A DNA stretch of 64,000 nt. Origin: Eledone cirrhosa (lineage: Eukaryota). The notes beneath the pieces were generated by a model that was not told the origin of the DNA, did no database searches, and saw only the letters and a program-made list of their open reading frames with translations. This document shows positions 1-10,500 of the stretch, one piece after another. The position numbers and the translations under genes are program-made. How positions within the stretch are numbered: position 1 is the first letter of the stretch; the number at the start of each line of letters is the position of its first letter. The stretch spans positions 421,104,001 through 421,168,000 of the forward strand of contig OZ024740.1 in assembly GCA_964016885.1 (NCBI GenBank), written 5' to 3'.

Positions 1-110
1 ACCATGCGACCCTCAGTTCCTACCCCCCCTCTCTATGCACTTCTTTAAGGCTTACTACCCTGTCTTTAACCTAATTCATTCAATCTGAAAATATTGAAGA
101 GATAAGATAA
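1..110 (+). repeat. Partial 5'-UTR monomer of RTE-like family A
   Basis: Matches 745-851 (ACCATGCGACCCTCAGTTCC...GAAGAGATAAGA), then runs into (TA)n. Confidence 0.85.
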
Positions 111-122
111 GATATATATATA

Positions 123-187
123 TCAAGGGCGGTGCCCCAGCATGGCCTCAGCCGGATGGCTGAAACAGGTAAAAGAGTAAAAGAGTA

Positions 188-188
<1 letters not shown>
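123..188 (+). mobile_element. 5'-truncated SINE/LINE 3' tail
   Basis: GGCGGTGCCCCAGCATGGCC-hairpin(TCAGCC/GGCTGA)-AACAGG followed by (TAAAAGAG)2 tail; identical copy at 7004-7069. Confidence 0.6.
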
Positions 189-265
<77 letters not shown>

Positions 266-320
266 TATATATAATATATATATATATATATAATATATAT
301 ATATAATATATATATATAAT

Positions 321-367
<47 letters not shown>

Positions 368-434
368 TATATATAATATATATATATATAATATATATAT
401 ATATTATATATATATATATTATATATATATATAT

Positions 435-466
<32 letters not shown>

Positions 467-477
467 ATATATATAAT

Positions 478-513
<36 letters not shown>

Positions 514-668
514 ATTATATATATATATATTATATATATATATTATATATATATATATTATATATATATATTATATATATATATATTATATATATATATA
601 TTATATAATATATATATATTATATATATATATATTATATAATATATATATATAATTATATATATATAT

Positions 669-701
<33 letters not shown>

Positions 702-738
702 ATATATATATTATATATATATTATATATATATATATA
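189..738. repeat. Interrupted (TA)n microsatellite
   Basis: Pure A/T tract; mostly AA interruptions in the first part and TT interruptions in the second. Confidence 0.95.
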
Positions 739-3700
739 TTATTTACCATGCGACCCTCAGTTCCTACCCCCCCTCTCTATGCACTTCTTTAAGGCTTACT
801 ACCCTGTCTTTAACCTAATTCATTCAATCTGAAAATATTGAAGAGATAAGACACTTTCCCATTCTTCTCTGCTAAAATGTATCACTAGAGCTGATTCCAA
901 TTTTTCCAGCCATCCATCTAATCTACGAAGGTATTTTAGCCTACATATTGTCGTTAATATTATGATGTTCCCTGCTGTATTAGCGTTAAATTTTCCCTGC
1001 TGTATTAGCGATAAATTTTCGAGGGTTTCTCTTAGTAGTTTTTCATGACGTTATTATTGTTAATTTTACTGATGTAGTATTAACTTATTAACTTGGATAT
1101 TTACCATGCGGTATTCTAATCCTATTGTATCTCTCTCAGTTATTTACCATGCGACCCTCAGTTCCTACCCCCCCCCCCTCTCTATGCACTTCTTTAAGGC
1201 TTACTACCCTGTCTTTAACTTAATTCATTCAATCTAAAAATATTGAAGAGATAAGACACTTTCCCATTCTTCTCTGCTAAAATGTATCACTAGAGCTGAT
1301 TCCAATTTTTCCAGCCATCCATCTAATCTACGAAGGTATTTTAGCCTACATATTGTCGTTAATATTATGATGTTCCCTGCTGTATTAGCGTTAAATTTTC
1401 CCTGCTGTATTAGCGATAAATTTTCGAGGGTTTCTCTTAGTAGTTTTTCCTGACGTTATTATTGTTAATTTTACTGATGTAGTATTAACTTGGATATTTA
1501 CCATGCGACCCTCAGTTCCTACCTCACAATTTCCCTCCCCCCCACCCCCACACACCACCATAGTCTATTCGACCAATCAAACCTAGCATGCCATTTCCAC
1601 TGCTGCTGCTACTACCTGCCTAACTAACTCTCTCCTCCTCTGGCGCATCCCAACACACCCTGCCATTACCCCACCACCACTGTTCTTCTAGCCCTCAATT
1701 TTCCCACCGTTATGGATGGATGAGCTGGGAATACACGAGCAACTCTGAATCAATAGATGAAATATGAATCTGCGAGCTACCAAGCACCCACGTGAAGCGC
1801 CAACCCAGAGACCCTCCCCTACGAGTGTCGACAAATGCCCAAAACTCCGAGTTGGTACCATCAATGTAGGCTCAATGAAAGGAAGAGCAGGAGAAATCGT
1901 AGAAATGCTAGAGCGAAAGGAAGTTGATGTATGCTGTGTGCAAGAGATTAGATGGAGAGGAGGGTCTGCTAGAGTCCTTGTAGGAAAAAGCCAGTGCTAC
2001 AAATTTTTCTGGGTGGGAAATGACGATGGGATGGGTGGTGTAGGTATACTATTAGCTGACAAGTGGGTAGATAAAGTAATCTCAGTGTACAGGGTAAATG
2101 CAAGAATCATTAAACTCAGACTAGTCCTGAATAAGACAATTACCACAATAATATCAGCTTACGCACCCCAATCGGGGCTGCCAGACGAACTTAAGGATAG
2201 GTTTTACGAGTCCCTAATACACACTACTGCTCTAACAGACGACAAGGACTTCCTAATCATTGCAGGAGATTTTAACGGACACGTAGGTAAACACTGCGAC
2301 GGCTTCAATAGAGTACATGGAGGCCATGGAGTTGGCACAAGGAATGAGGAAGGATTCAGACTCCTAGAATTCTGCGACGCCAATGACATGTCGATATGTA
2401 ACACAAACTTTAAAAAACCCGACAACCACCTGATCACCTATAGATCAGGGGAGCACTCTAGTCAGTTAGATTTTATCCTCATCAGAGGACGTGACAGATG
2501 GACGGTCGTAAACACAAAAGCCTTCCCTAGTGAGGAATGTACATCCCAACATAGCTTAGTTGTCAGCGACCTCACGGTCAGAACTAGACGAGCCCTGAAA
2601 CAGAGGCCAACCTGGAGAAGAAAGATCTGGAAGCTGAAAGTCCCCTCAACCAGTAACAGATTTAAAGATATTTTACTCAACGCCTACGACAGTAAAGAAG
2701 AACAGATAGAGACATTTAACGTAGAAGAGAACTGGGAGTTCCTAAAAAATAACTTACTAGAGGCGACGGATGAGGTTTGTGGCTGGAGTAAGACCTCAAG
2801 CAGGAGGAGAGTGACTTGGTGGTGGAACAATAAGGTAGATGAAGCAGTCAAGGCCAAGAGACAGGCATGGAAAGAATGGAAGAACGGGGGGAGCAGGGTA
2901 CATTACATAGAGACCAAGAGGGAAGCTAGGCGACAAGTATACTTAGCTAGGAGGGAAGCAGAGGATAGAAAATTCAAGCATGTTTTACAACGTGAGGACC
3001 AGAAACAGGAGGTATTCAAGATTGCGAGGCAGTGTGTCAGAGATAGTTGTGATGTCATTGGAGAGAAGTGTATCCGGAATGATAAAGGTGAGCTTGCCCT
3101 CACAAGTGCTGAGAAGAAAGATGCATGGAAGAGTCATTATGATAGATTACTAAATGAGGAGAATGCATGGGAAGAAGAGACCCTACCCCACGTAGACCCT
3201 ATAGAGGGACCAGCAGTACAAGTCAGCGGCAGCGTAGTAAGTAAGGCAATCAGAGATATGAAGATAGGGAAGGCAACCGGTCCATCGGGTATAGCTGCCG
3301 AGATGCTGAAGGCATCTGGGTCTGTAGGTCACACTATAACCACACGTATCGTTAACCAGGTAATACTAGAGGGGGCCATACCAAAAGATTGGTGCAGTAG
3401 CATCATTGTCAACTGCTACAAAGGTAAAGGCGATGCACTAGATAGAGGAAACTATAGAGGTATAAAGTTGATGGACCAGGTCATGAAAGTAACAGAAAGA
3501 GTTATAGCACAGCTGATTAGGGACCGGGTGAATATAGACGAGATGCAATTTGGGTTTGTACCAGGGAAAGGCACCACTGATGCCCTCTTCCTTGTGAGGC
3601 AATTACAGGAAAAGTACCTAGCTAAAAGTAAGCCACTCTACTTGGCATTTGTCGACCTTGAGAAAGCCTTTGACAGAGTTCCACGTGCAGTAATCTGGTG

Positions 3701-5184
3701 GGCTCTTAGAAAACTAGGAGTAGATGAATGGCTTGTGAAAGCGGTACAATCCATGTATAGGGGAGCAGTCAGCAAAGTTAGGATTGGCAATGAGTATAGC
3801 GAGGAATTTAGCGTACAGGTTGGGGTCCACCAGGGCTCTGTTCTTAGCCCTCTCCTGTTCATCATAGTCCTGCAGGCAATAACGGATGAGTTTAAGACCG
3901 GATGCCCATGGGAACTCCTGTATGCTGATGACCTCGCACTTATAGCTGAATCTATGGTAGAACTAGAGAATAAATTCCAAACCTGGAAGCAGGGACTAGA
4001 GAGAAAGGGCCTCAAAGTCAACATGACAAAGACTAAGGTCCTTGTAAGTAGACGAGAAAACAGAACCCAGATCCCCTCAGGGAAATGGCCTTGCTCAGTA
4101 TGTAGGAAAGGTGTAGGTAGGAACTCCATTCTCTGCCCCAAATGCAAACAATGGGTACACAAGAGATGTAGCGGGATCTCAGGAAGCTTAATTAAGAATG
4201 TAGGATTCACATGCAGCAGCTGTGCTGAAACAGCAAGCAAACAGCCACAGGAAACAAGTACCACCAATCTCTGGGAGGGCCCTGTAGAAACAGTAGACAG
4301 CTTCTGCTACCTAGGTGACCGAATTAGCAACGGAGGTGGGTGCTCAGAAAGTACAATAACTAGGGTAAGAACGGGATGGAAGAAGTTTAGGGAACTACTA
4401 CCACTGCTAGCTGCAAAAGGCTTCTCCCTCAGAATGAAAGGCAGACTGTATGATGCGTGTATCCGAACAGCGATGTTGCATGGTAGTGAGACCTGGGCGC
4501 TGAAGGGGGAAGACTTACGTAGATTAGAGAGAAACGAAGCCTGCATGCTCCGATGGATGTGTAACAGTAATATACGTGAACGACAAAGCATAAAGGAATT
4601 GAGAGAGAGACTGAGCATAAGAGGAATCAAATGCTGCGTGCAGGAGAGGCGGTTACGCTGGTATGGACATGTGATGCGTATGAAGGATGACAGCTGCATA
4701 AAAAGGTGCAGAGCACTAGAAGTTGATGGAAACCGCGGAGTGGGGAGACCCAAGATGACTTGGGATGAGGTGATAAAAGCCGACCTTACCCAACTACACC
4801 TCTCAAAGTCAATGACACACGACCGTGACTTCTGGCGTCACGCAGTAATACAGGGTACCCGACCTCCCATGGGTACATGCTGAAGCATATAAACAATATG
4901 CTTCCCCCCCCCCCACCGCAAGGTGGCCGTGGAGGTGCCACGGCAAAAAAGCACCCAGCCCACACTGTAAAGTGGACGTGTAGGCGCCACGAAAAAGCAC
5001 CCAGCACTCACTGTAAATGAGGTTGGTGTTAGGAAGGGCATCCAGCTGTAGAAATCAAGCCAGATCAGTTCCTGTATGAGCAAGGCATGGTCAGCCGACC
5101 AGACACTGCCCACAACAGGACAACCCGTCTAACCCATGCTAGCGTGGAAGAACGGACGTAAAACGGTGATGATGATGATGATGA
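739..5184 (+). mobile_element. RTE-like non-LTR retrotransposon family A, copy 1 (near full length)
   Basis: ~1-kb 5' UTR with tandem ~400-bp monomers, single APE-RT ORF, ~300-bp 3' UTR, (GAT)n tail, TA flanks. Confidence 0.93.
1764..4883 (+). CDS. APE endonuclease + reverse transcriptase with internal PHD finger (RTE-like ORF)
   Basis: APE motifs GTINVG, CVQE, SAYAPQ, GDFNGHVG, SQLDFIL, SQH; RT motifs NYRGIKL, QFGF, FVDLEKAFD, GVHQGSVLSPLLF, LYADD, YLG; C-terminal RRLRWYGHVMR...GRP typical of the RTE clade. Confidence 0.95.
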   Translation: MNLRATKHPREAPTQRPSPTSVDKCPKLRVGTINVGSMKGRAGEIVEMLERKEVDVCCVQEIRWRGGSARVLVGKSQCYKFFWVGNDDGMGGVGILLADKWVDKVISVYRVNARIIKLRLVLNKTITTIISAYAPQSGLPDELKDRFYESLIHTTALTDDKDFLIIAGDFNGHVGKHCDGFNRVHGGHGVGTRNEEGFRLLEFCDANDMSICNTNFKKPDNHLITYRSGEHSSQLDFILIRGRDRWTVVNTKAFPSEECTSQHSLVVSDLTVRTRRALKQRPTWRRKIWKLKVPSTSNRFKDILLNAYDSKEEQIETFNVEENWEFLKNNLLEATDEVCGWSKTSSRRRVTWWWNNKVDEAVKAKRQAWKEWKNGGSRVHYIETKREARRQVYLARREAEDRKFKHVLQREDQKQEVFKIARQCVRDSCDVIGEKCIRNDKGELALTSAEKKDAWKSHYDRLLNEENAWEEETLPHVDPIEGPAVQVSGSVVSKAIRDMKIGKATGPSGIAAEMLKASGSVGHTITTRIVNQVILEGAIPKDWCSSIIVNCYKGKGDALDRGNYRGIKLMDQVMKVTERVIAQLIRDRVNIDEMQFGFVPGKGTTDALFLVRQLQEKYLAKSKPLYLAFVDLEKAFDRVPRAVIWWALRKLGVDEWLVKAVQSMYRGAVSKVRIGNEYSEEFSVQVGVHQGSVLSPLLFIIVLQAITDEFKTGCPWELLYADDLALIAESMVELENKFQTWKQGLERKGLKVNMTKTKVLVSRRENRTQIPSGKWPCSVCRKGVGRNSILCPKCKQWVHKRCSGISGSLIKNVGFTCSSCAETASKQPQETSTTNLWEGPVETVDSFCYLGDRISNGGGCSESTITRVRTGWKKFRELLPLLAAKGFSLRMKGRLYDACIRTAMLHGSETWALKGEDLRRLERNEACMLRWMCNSNIRERQSIKELRERLSIRGIKCCVQERRLRWYGHVMRMKDDSCIKRCRALEVDGNRGVGRPKMTWDEVIKADLTQLHLSKSMTHDRDFWRHAVIQGTRPPMGTC

Positions 5185-5220
5185 CATATATATTATATAT
5201 ATATTTTATTATTATATATA

Positions 5221-5258
<38 letters not shown>

Positions 5259-5274
5259 TATATATATATTTTAT

Positions 5275-5346
<72 letters not shown>

Positions 5347-5380
5347 ATATATATATATTATATATATATATATATATTAT

Positions 5381-5425
<45 letters not shown>

Positions 5426-5528
5426 TATATTATATATATATATATATATTATATATATATATTATATATATATATATATATATAATATATATATATTATA
5501 TATATATATATATATTATATATATATAT

Positions 5529-5560
<32 letters not shown>

Positions 5561-5613
5561 ATTATATATATATATTATATATATATATATATATTATATA
5601 TATATATTATATA

Positions 5614-5651
<38 letters not shown>

Positions 5652-5811
5652 TTATTAAAATAACAGATTTAAGTTTAAGCAAAGAATCGCTGCTTTCACC
5701 CTTAACGGGATCTTCTTTGCTCTACGGTTGTTAAATATTTGATATATATTTTCCTTATCGAGCCCTCTTTGGATTTTAGTCTTCAATTTTATTATATATA
5801 TATTTTATTAT

Positions 5812-5851
<40 letters not shown>

Positions 5852-6002
5852 TATTATTATATATATATATATATTATATATATATTTTATTATTATATAT
5901 ATATATATATATTTTATTATTATATATATATATATATATTATATATATATATATATATGTATATATTATATATATATATGTATATATTATATATATATAT
6001 AT

Positions 6003-6073
<71 letters not shown>

Positions 6074-6095
6074 TTATATATATAATATATTTATA

Positions 6096-6188
<93 letters not shown>

Positions 6189-6291
6189 ATTATATATATA
6201 TTATATATATATATTATATATATATTACATATATATATATTATATATATATTATATATATATTATATATATATTATATATATTATATATAT

Positions 6292-6323
<32 letters not shown>

Positions 6324-6567
6324 TATATATATATTATATATATATTATATATATATTATATATATATTATATATATTATATATATAATATATATATATAT
6401 ATATTATATATATATTATATATATATATTATATATATATTATATATATATATTATATATATATTATATATATATTATATATATATATAATATATATATAT
6501 ATATATTATATATATATTATATATATATATTATATATATATTATATATATATATTATATATATATTA
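5185..6567. repeat. (TA)n tracts flanking a small PLE fragment
   Basis: Low-complexity A/T sequence on either side of 5647-5793. Confidence 0.9.
5647..5793. mobile_element. Miniature 5'-inverted PLE (family F2) 3' end with truncated antisense hammerhead
   Basis: 5647-5716 is the reverse complement of ~14098-14165; 5716-5793 is a direct match to 14166-14243. Confidence 0.85.
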
Positions 6568-6670
6568 TCATCATCATCATCATCATCATCACGTTTAACT
6601 TCCGTGTTCCACGCTTGCATGGGTTTAGACGGGGGTTTCCCACTTGAGGCAAGAGTGATTATCTTGCTCG
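6568..6670 (-). mobile_element. 3' tip of RTE-like family B
   Basis: (TCA)n tail plus reverse complement of the family B terminus at 42075-42168. Confidence 0.85.
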
Positions 6671-6944
6671 AAAGAAAGAGAGAAAAAAAGGAAAGAAAGA
6701 CTGTCTTTCTTTCCTTTTTTTTCTCTCTTTCTTTCTCTCTGTGTACAATTTTTTCACTGCCAATTCAACTTTTTCAAATACAAGTCGATGTTGTTAAGGT
6801 ATGTCGAATCTATTTATCTATAAAACTGTTTATATTGTATTTTGTCTGAGGAAGGCATAGCATATTGTTAATATGATATCCCTGAAATATATATAATGAA
6901 ATAAATATGGTTTTATAAATATAGTTTCCATTTATTTAATATTG

Positions 6945-6946
<2 letters not shown>
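6670..6946 (+). mobile_element. Probable PLE family F1 3' fragment with 5' snap-back hairpin
   Basis: 6670-6735 is a near-perfect fold-back; contains a hammerhead; reverse-complement homolog at ~36957-37130. Confidence 0.7.
6838..6903 (+). ncRNA. Type I hammerhead ribozyme (F1)
   Basis: TATTTTGT-CTGAGGA-AGG..hairpin..CCT-GAAA-TATATA-TA-ATGAAATA; stem I has 2 GU pairs; palindromic stem III. Confidence 0.75.
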
Positions 6947-6977
<31 letters not shown>

Positions 6978-7003
6978 ATATATATATATATAATATATAT
7001 ATA

Positions 7004-7068
7004 TCAAGGGCGGTGCCCCAGCATGGCCTCAGCCGGATGGCTGAAACAGGTAAAAGAGTAAAAGAGTA

Positions 7069-7069
<1 letters not shown>
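7004..7069 (+). mobile_element. 5'-truncated SINE/LINE 3' tail (duplicate of 123-188)
   Basis: Identical sequence. Confidence 0.6.
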
Positions 7070-7146
<77 letters not shown>

Positions 7147-7188
7147 TATATATAATATATATATATATATATAATATATATATATAAT

Positions 7189-7235
<47 letters not shown>

Positions 7236-7302
7236 TATATATAATATATATATATATAATATATATATATATTATATATATATATATTATATATATATAT
7301 AT

Positions 7303-7334
<32 letters not shown>

Positions 7335-7341
7335 ATATATA

Positions 7342-7383
<42 letters not shown>

Positions 7384-7508
7384 ATTATATATATATATAT
7401 TATATATATATATTATATATATATATATTATATATATATATATTATATAATATATATATATTATATATATATATATTATATAATATATATATATAATTAT
7501 ATATATAT

Positions 7509-7543
<35 letters not shown>

Positions 7544-7581
7544 ATATATATATTATATATATATTATATATATATTATATA

Positions 7582-10500
7582 TTATTTACCATGCGACCCT
7601 CAGTTCCTACCCCCCCTCTCTATGCACTTCTTTAAGGCTTACTACCCTGTCTTTAACCTAATTCATTCAATCTGAAAATATTGAAGAGATAAGACACTTT
7701 CCCATTCTTCTCTGCTAAAATGTATCACTAGAGCTGATTCCAATTTTTCCAGCCATCCATCTAATCTACGAAGGTATTTTAGCCTACATATTGTCGTTAA
7801 TATTATGATGTTCCCTGCTGTATTAGCGTTAAATTTTCCCTGCTGTATTAGCGATAAATTTTCGAGGGTTTCTCTTAGTAGTTTTTCATGACGTTATTAT
7901 TGTTAATTTTACTGATGTAGTATTAACTTATTAACTTGGATATTTACCATGCGGTATTCTAATCCTATTGTATCTCTCTCAGTTATTTACCATGCGACCC
8001 TCAGTTCCTACCCCCCCCCCTCTCTATGCACTTCTTTAAGGCTTACTACCCTGTCTTTAACTTAATTCATTCAATCTAAAAATATTGAAGAGATAAGACA
8101 CTTTCCCATTCTTCTCTGCTAAAATGTATCACTAGAGCTGATTCCAATTTTTCCAGCCATCCATCTAATCTACGAAGGTATTTTAGCCTACATATTGTCG
8201 TTAATATTATGATGTTCCCTGCTGTATTAGCGTTAAATTTTCCCTGCTGTATTAGCGATAAATTTTCGAGGGTTTCTCTTAGTAGTTTTTCCTGACGTTA
8301 TTATTGTTAATTTTACTGATGTAGTATTAACTTGGATATTTACCATGCGACCCTCAGTTCCTACCTCACAATTTCCCTCCCCCCCACCCCCACACACCAC
8401 CATAGTCTATTCGACCAATCAAACCTAGCATGCCATTTCCACTGCTGCTGCTACTACCTGCCTAACTAACTCTCTCCTCCTCTGGCGCATCCCAACACAC
8501 CCTGCCATTACCCCACCACCACTGTTCTTCTAGCCCTCAATTTTCCCACCGTTATGGATGGATGAGCTGGGAATACACGAGCAACTCTGAATCAATAGAT
8601 GAAATATGAATCTGCGAGCTACCAAGCACCCACGTGAAGCGCCAACCCAGAGACCCTCCCCTACGAGTGTCGACAAATGCCCAAAACTCCGAGTTGGTAC
8701 CATCAATGTAGGCTCAATGAAAGGAAGAGCAGGAGAAATCGTAGAAATGCTAGAGCGAAAGGAAGTTGATGTATGCTGTGTGCAAGAGACTAGATGGAGA
8801 GGAGGGTCTGCTAGAGTCCTTGTAGGAAAAAGCCAGTGCTACAAATTTTTCTGGGTGGGAAATGACGATGGGATGGGTGGTGTAGGTATACTATTAGCTG
8901 ACAAGTGGGTAGATAAAGTAATCTCAGTGTACAGGGTAAATGCAAGAATCATTAAACTCAGACTAGTCCTGAATAAGACAATTACCACAATAATATCAGC
9001 TTACGCACCCCAATCGGGGCTGCCAGACGAACTTAAGGATAGGTTTTACGAGTCCCTAATACACACTACTGCTCTAACAGACGACAAGGACTTCCTAATC
9101 ATTGCAGGAGATTTTAACGGACACGTAGGTAAACACTGCGACGGCTTCAATAGAGTACATGGAGGCCATGGAGTTGGCACAAGGAATGAGGAAGGATTCA
9201 GACTCCTAGAATTCTGCGACGCCAATGACATGTCGATATGTAACACAAACTTTAAAAAACCCGACAACCACCTGATCACCTATAGATCAGGGGAGCACTC
9301 TAGTCAGTTAGATTTTATCCTCATCAGAGGACGTGACAGATGGACGGTCGTAAACACAAAAGCCTTCCCTAGTGAGGAATGTACATCCCAACATAGCTTA
9401 GTTGTCAGCGACCTCACGGTCAGAACTAGACGAGCCCTGAAACAGAGGCCAACCTGGAGAAGAAAGATCTGGAAGCTGAAAGTCCCCTCAACCAGTAACA
9501 GATTTAAAGATATTTTACTCAACGTCTACGACAGTAAAGAAGAACAGATAGAGACATTTAACGTAGAAGAGAACTGGGAGTTCCTAAAAAATAACTTACT
9601 AGAGGCGACGGATGAGGTTTGTGGCTGGAGTAAGACCTCAAGCAGGAGGAGAGTGACTTGGTGGTGGAACAATAAGGTAGATGAAGCAGTCAAGGCCAAG
9701 AGACAGGCATGGAAAGAATGGAAGAACGGGGGGAGCAGGGTACATTACATAGAGACCAAGAGGGAAGCTAGGCGACAAGTATACTTAGCTAGGAGGGAAG
9801 CAGAGGATAGAAAATTCAAGCATGTTTTACAACGTGAGGACCAGAAACAGGAGGTATTCAAGATTGCGAGGCAGTGTGTCAGAGATAGTTGTGATGTCAT
9901 TGGAGAGAAGTGTATCCGGAATGATAAAGGTGAGCTTGCCCTCACAAGTGCTGAGAAGAAAGATGCATGGAAGAGTCATTATGATAGATTACTAAATGAG
10001 GAGAATGCATGGGAAGAAGAGACCCTACCCCACGTAGACCCTATAGAGGGACCAGCAGTACAAGTCAGCGGCAGCGTAGTAAGTAAGGCAATCAGAGATA
10101 TGAAGATAGGGAAGGCAACCGGTCCATCGGGTATAGCTGCCGAGATGCTGAAGGCATCTGGGTCTGTAGGTCACACTATAACCACACGTATCGTTAACCA
10201 GGTAATACTAGAGGGGGCCATACCAAAAGATTGGTGCAGTAGCATCATTGTCAACTGCTACAAAGGTAAAGGCGATGCACTAGATAGAGGAAACTATAGA
10301 GGTATAAAGTTGATGGACCAGGTCATGAAAGTAACAGAAAGAGTTATAGCACAGCTGATTAGGGACCGGGTGAATATAGACGAGATGCAATTTGGGTTTG
10401 TACCAGGGAAAGGCACCACTGATGCCCTCTTCCTTGTGAGGCAATTACAGGAAAAGTACCTAGCTAAAAGTAAGCCACTCTACTTGGCATTTGTCGACCT

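Noticed and set aside
1065-1090. CTGATG in the monomer and CTGATGA at the YADD codons as hammerhead cores
   Set aside because: No correctly placed GAAA, stems or NUH; the latter is simply RT coding sequence
739-1520. Short direct repeats suggesting a CRISPR-like array
   Set aside because: No constant repeat with unique spacers, no cas genes, and a eukaryotic retroelement context
1520-1763. Possible HDV-like ribozyme at the RTE 5' end (known in some RTE elements)
   Set aside because: I could not build the nested double pseudoknot by eye; a descriptor search is needed
2204-5113. Antisense ORFs (66-209 aa) recurring in every RTE copy
   Set aside because: They are shadows of the sense ORF and recur only because the element is repeated; no recognisable motifs
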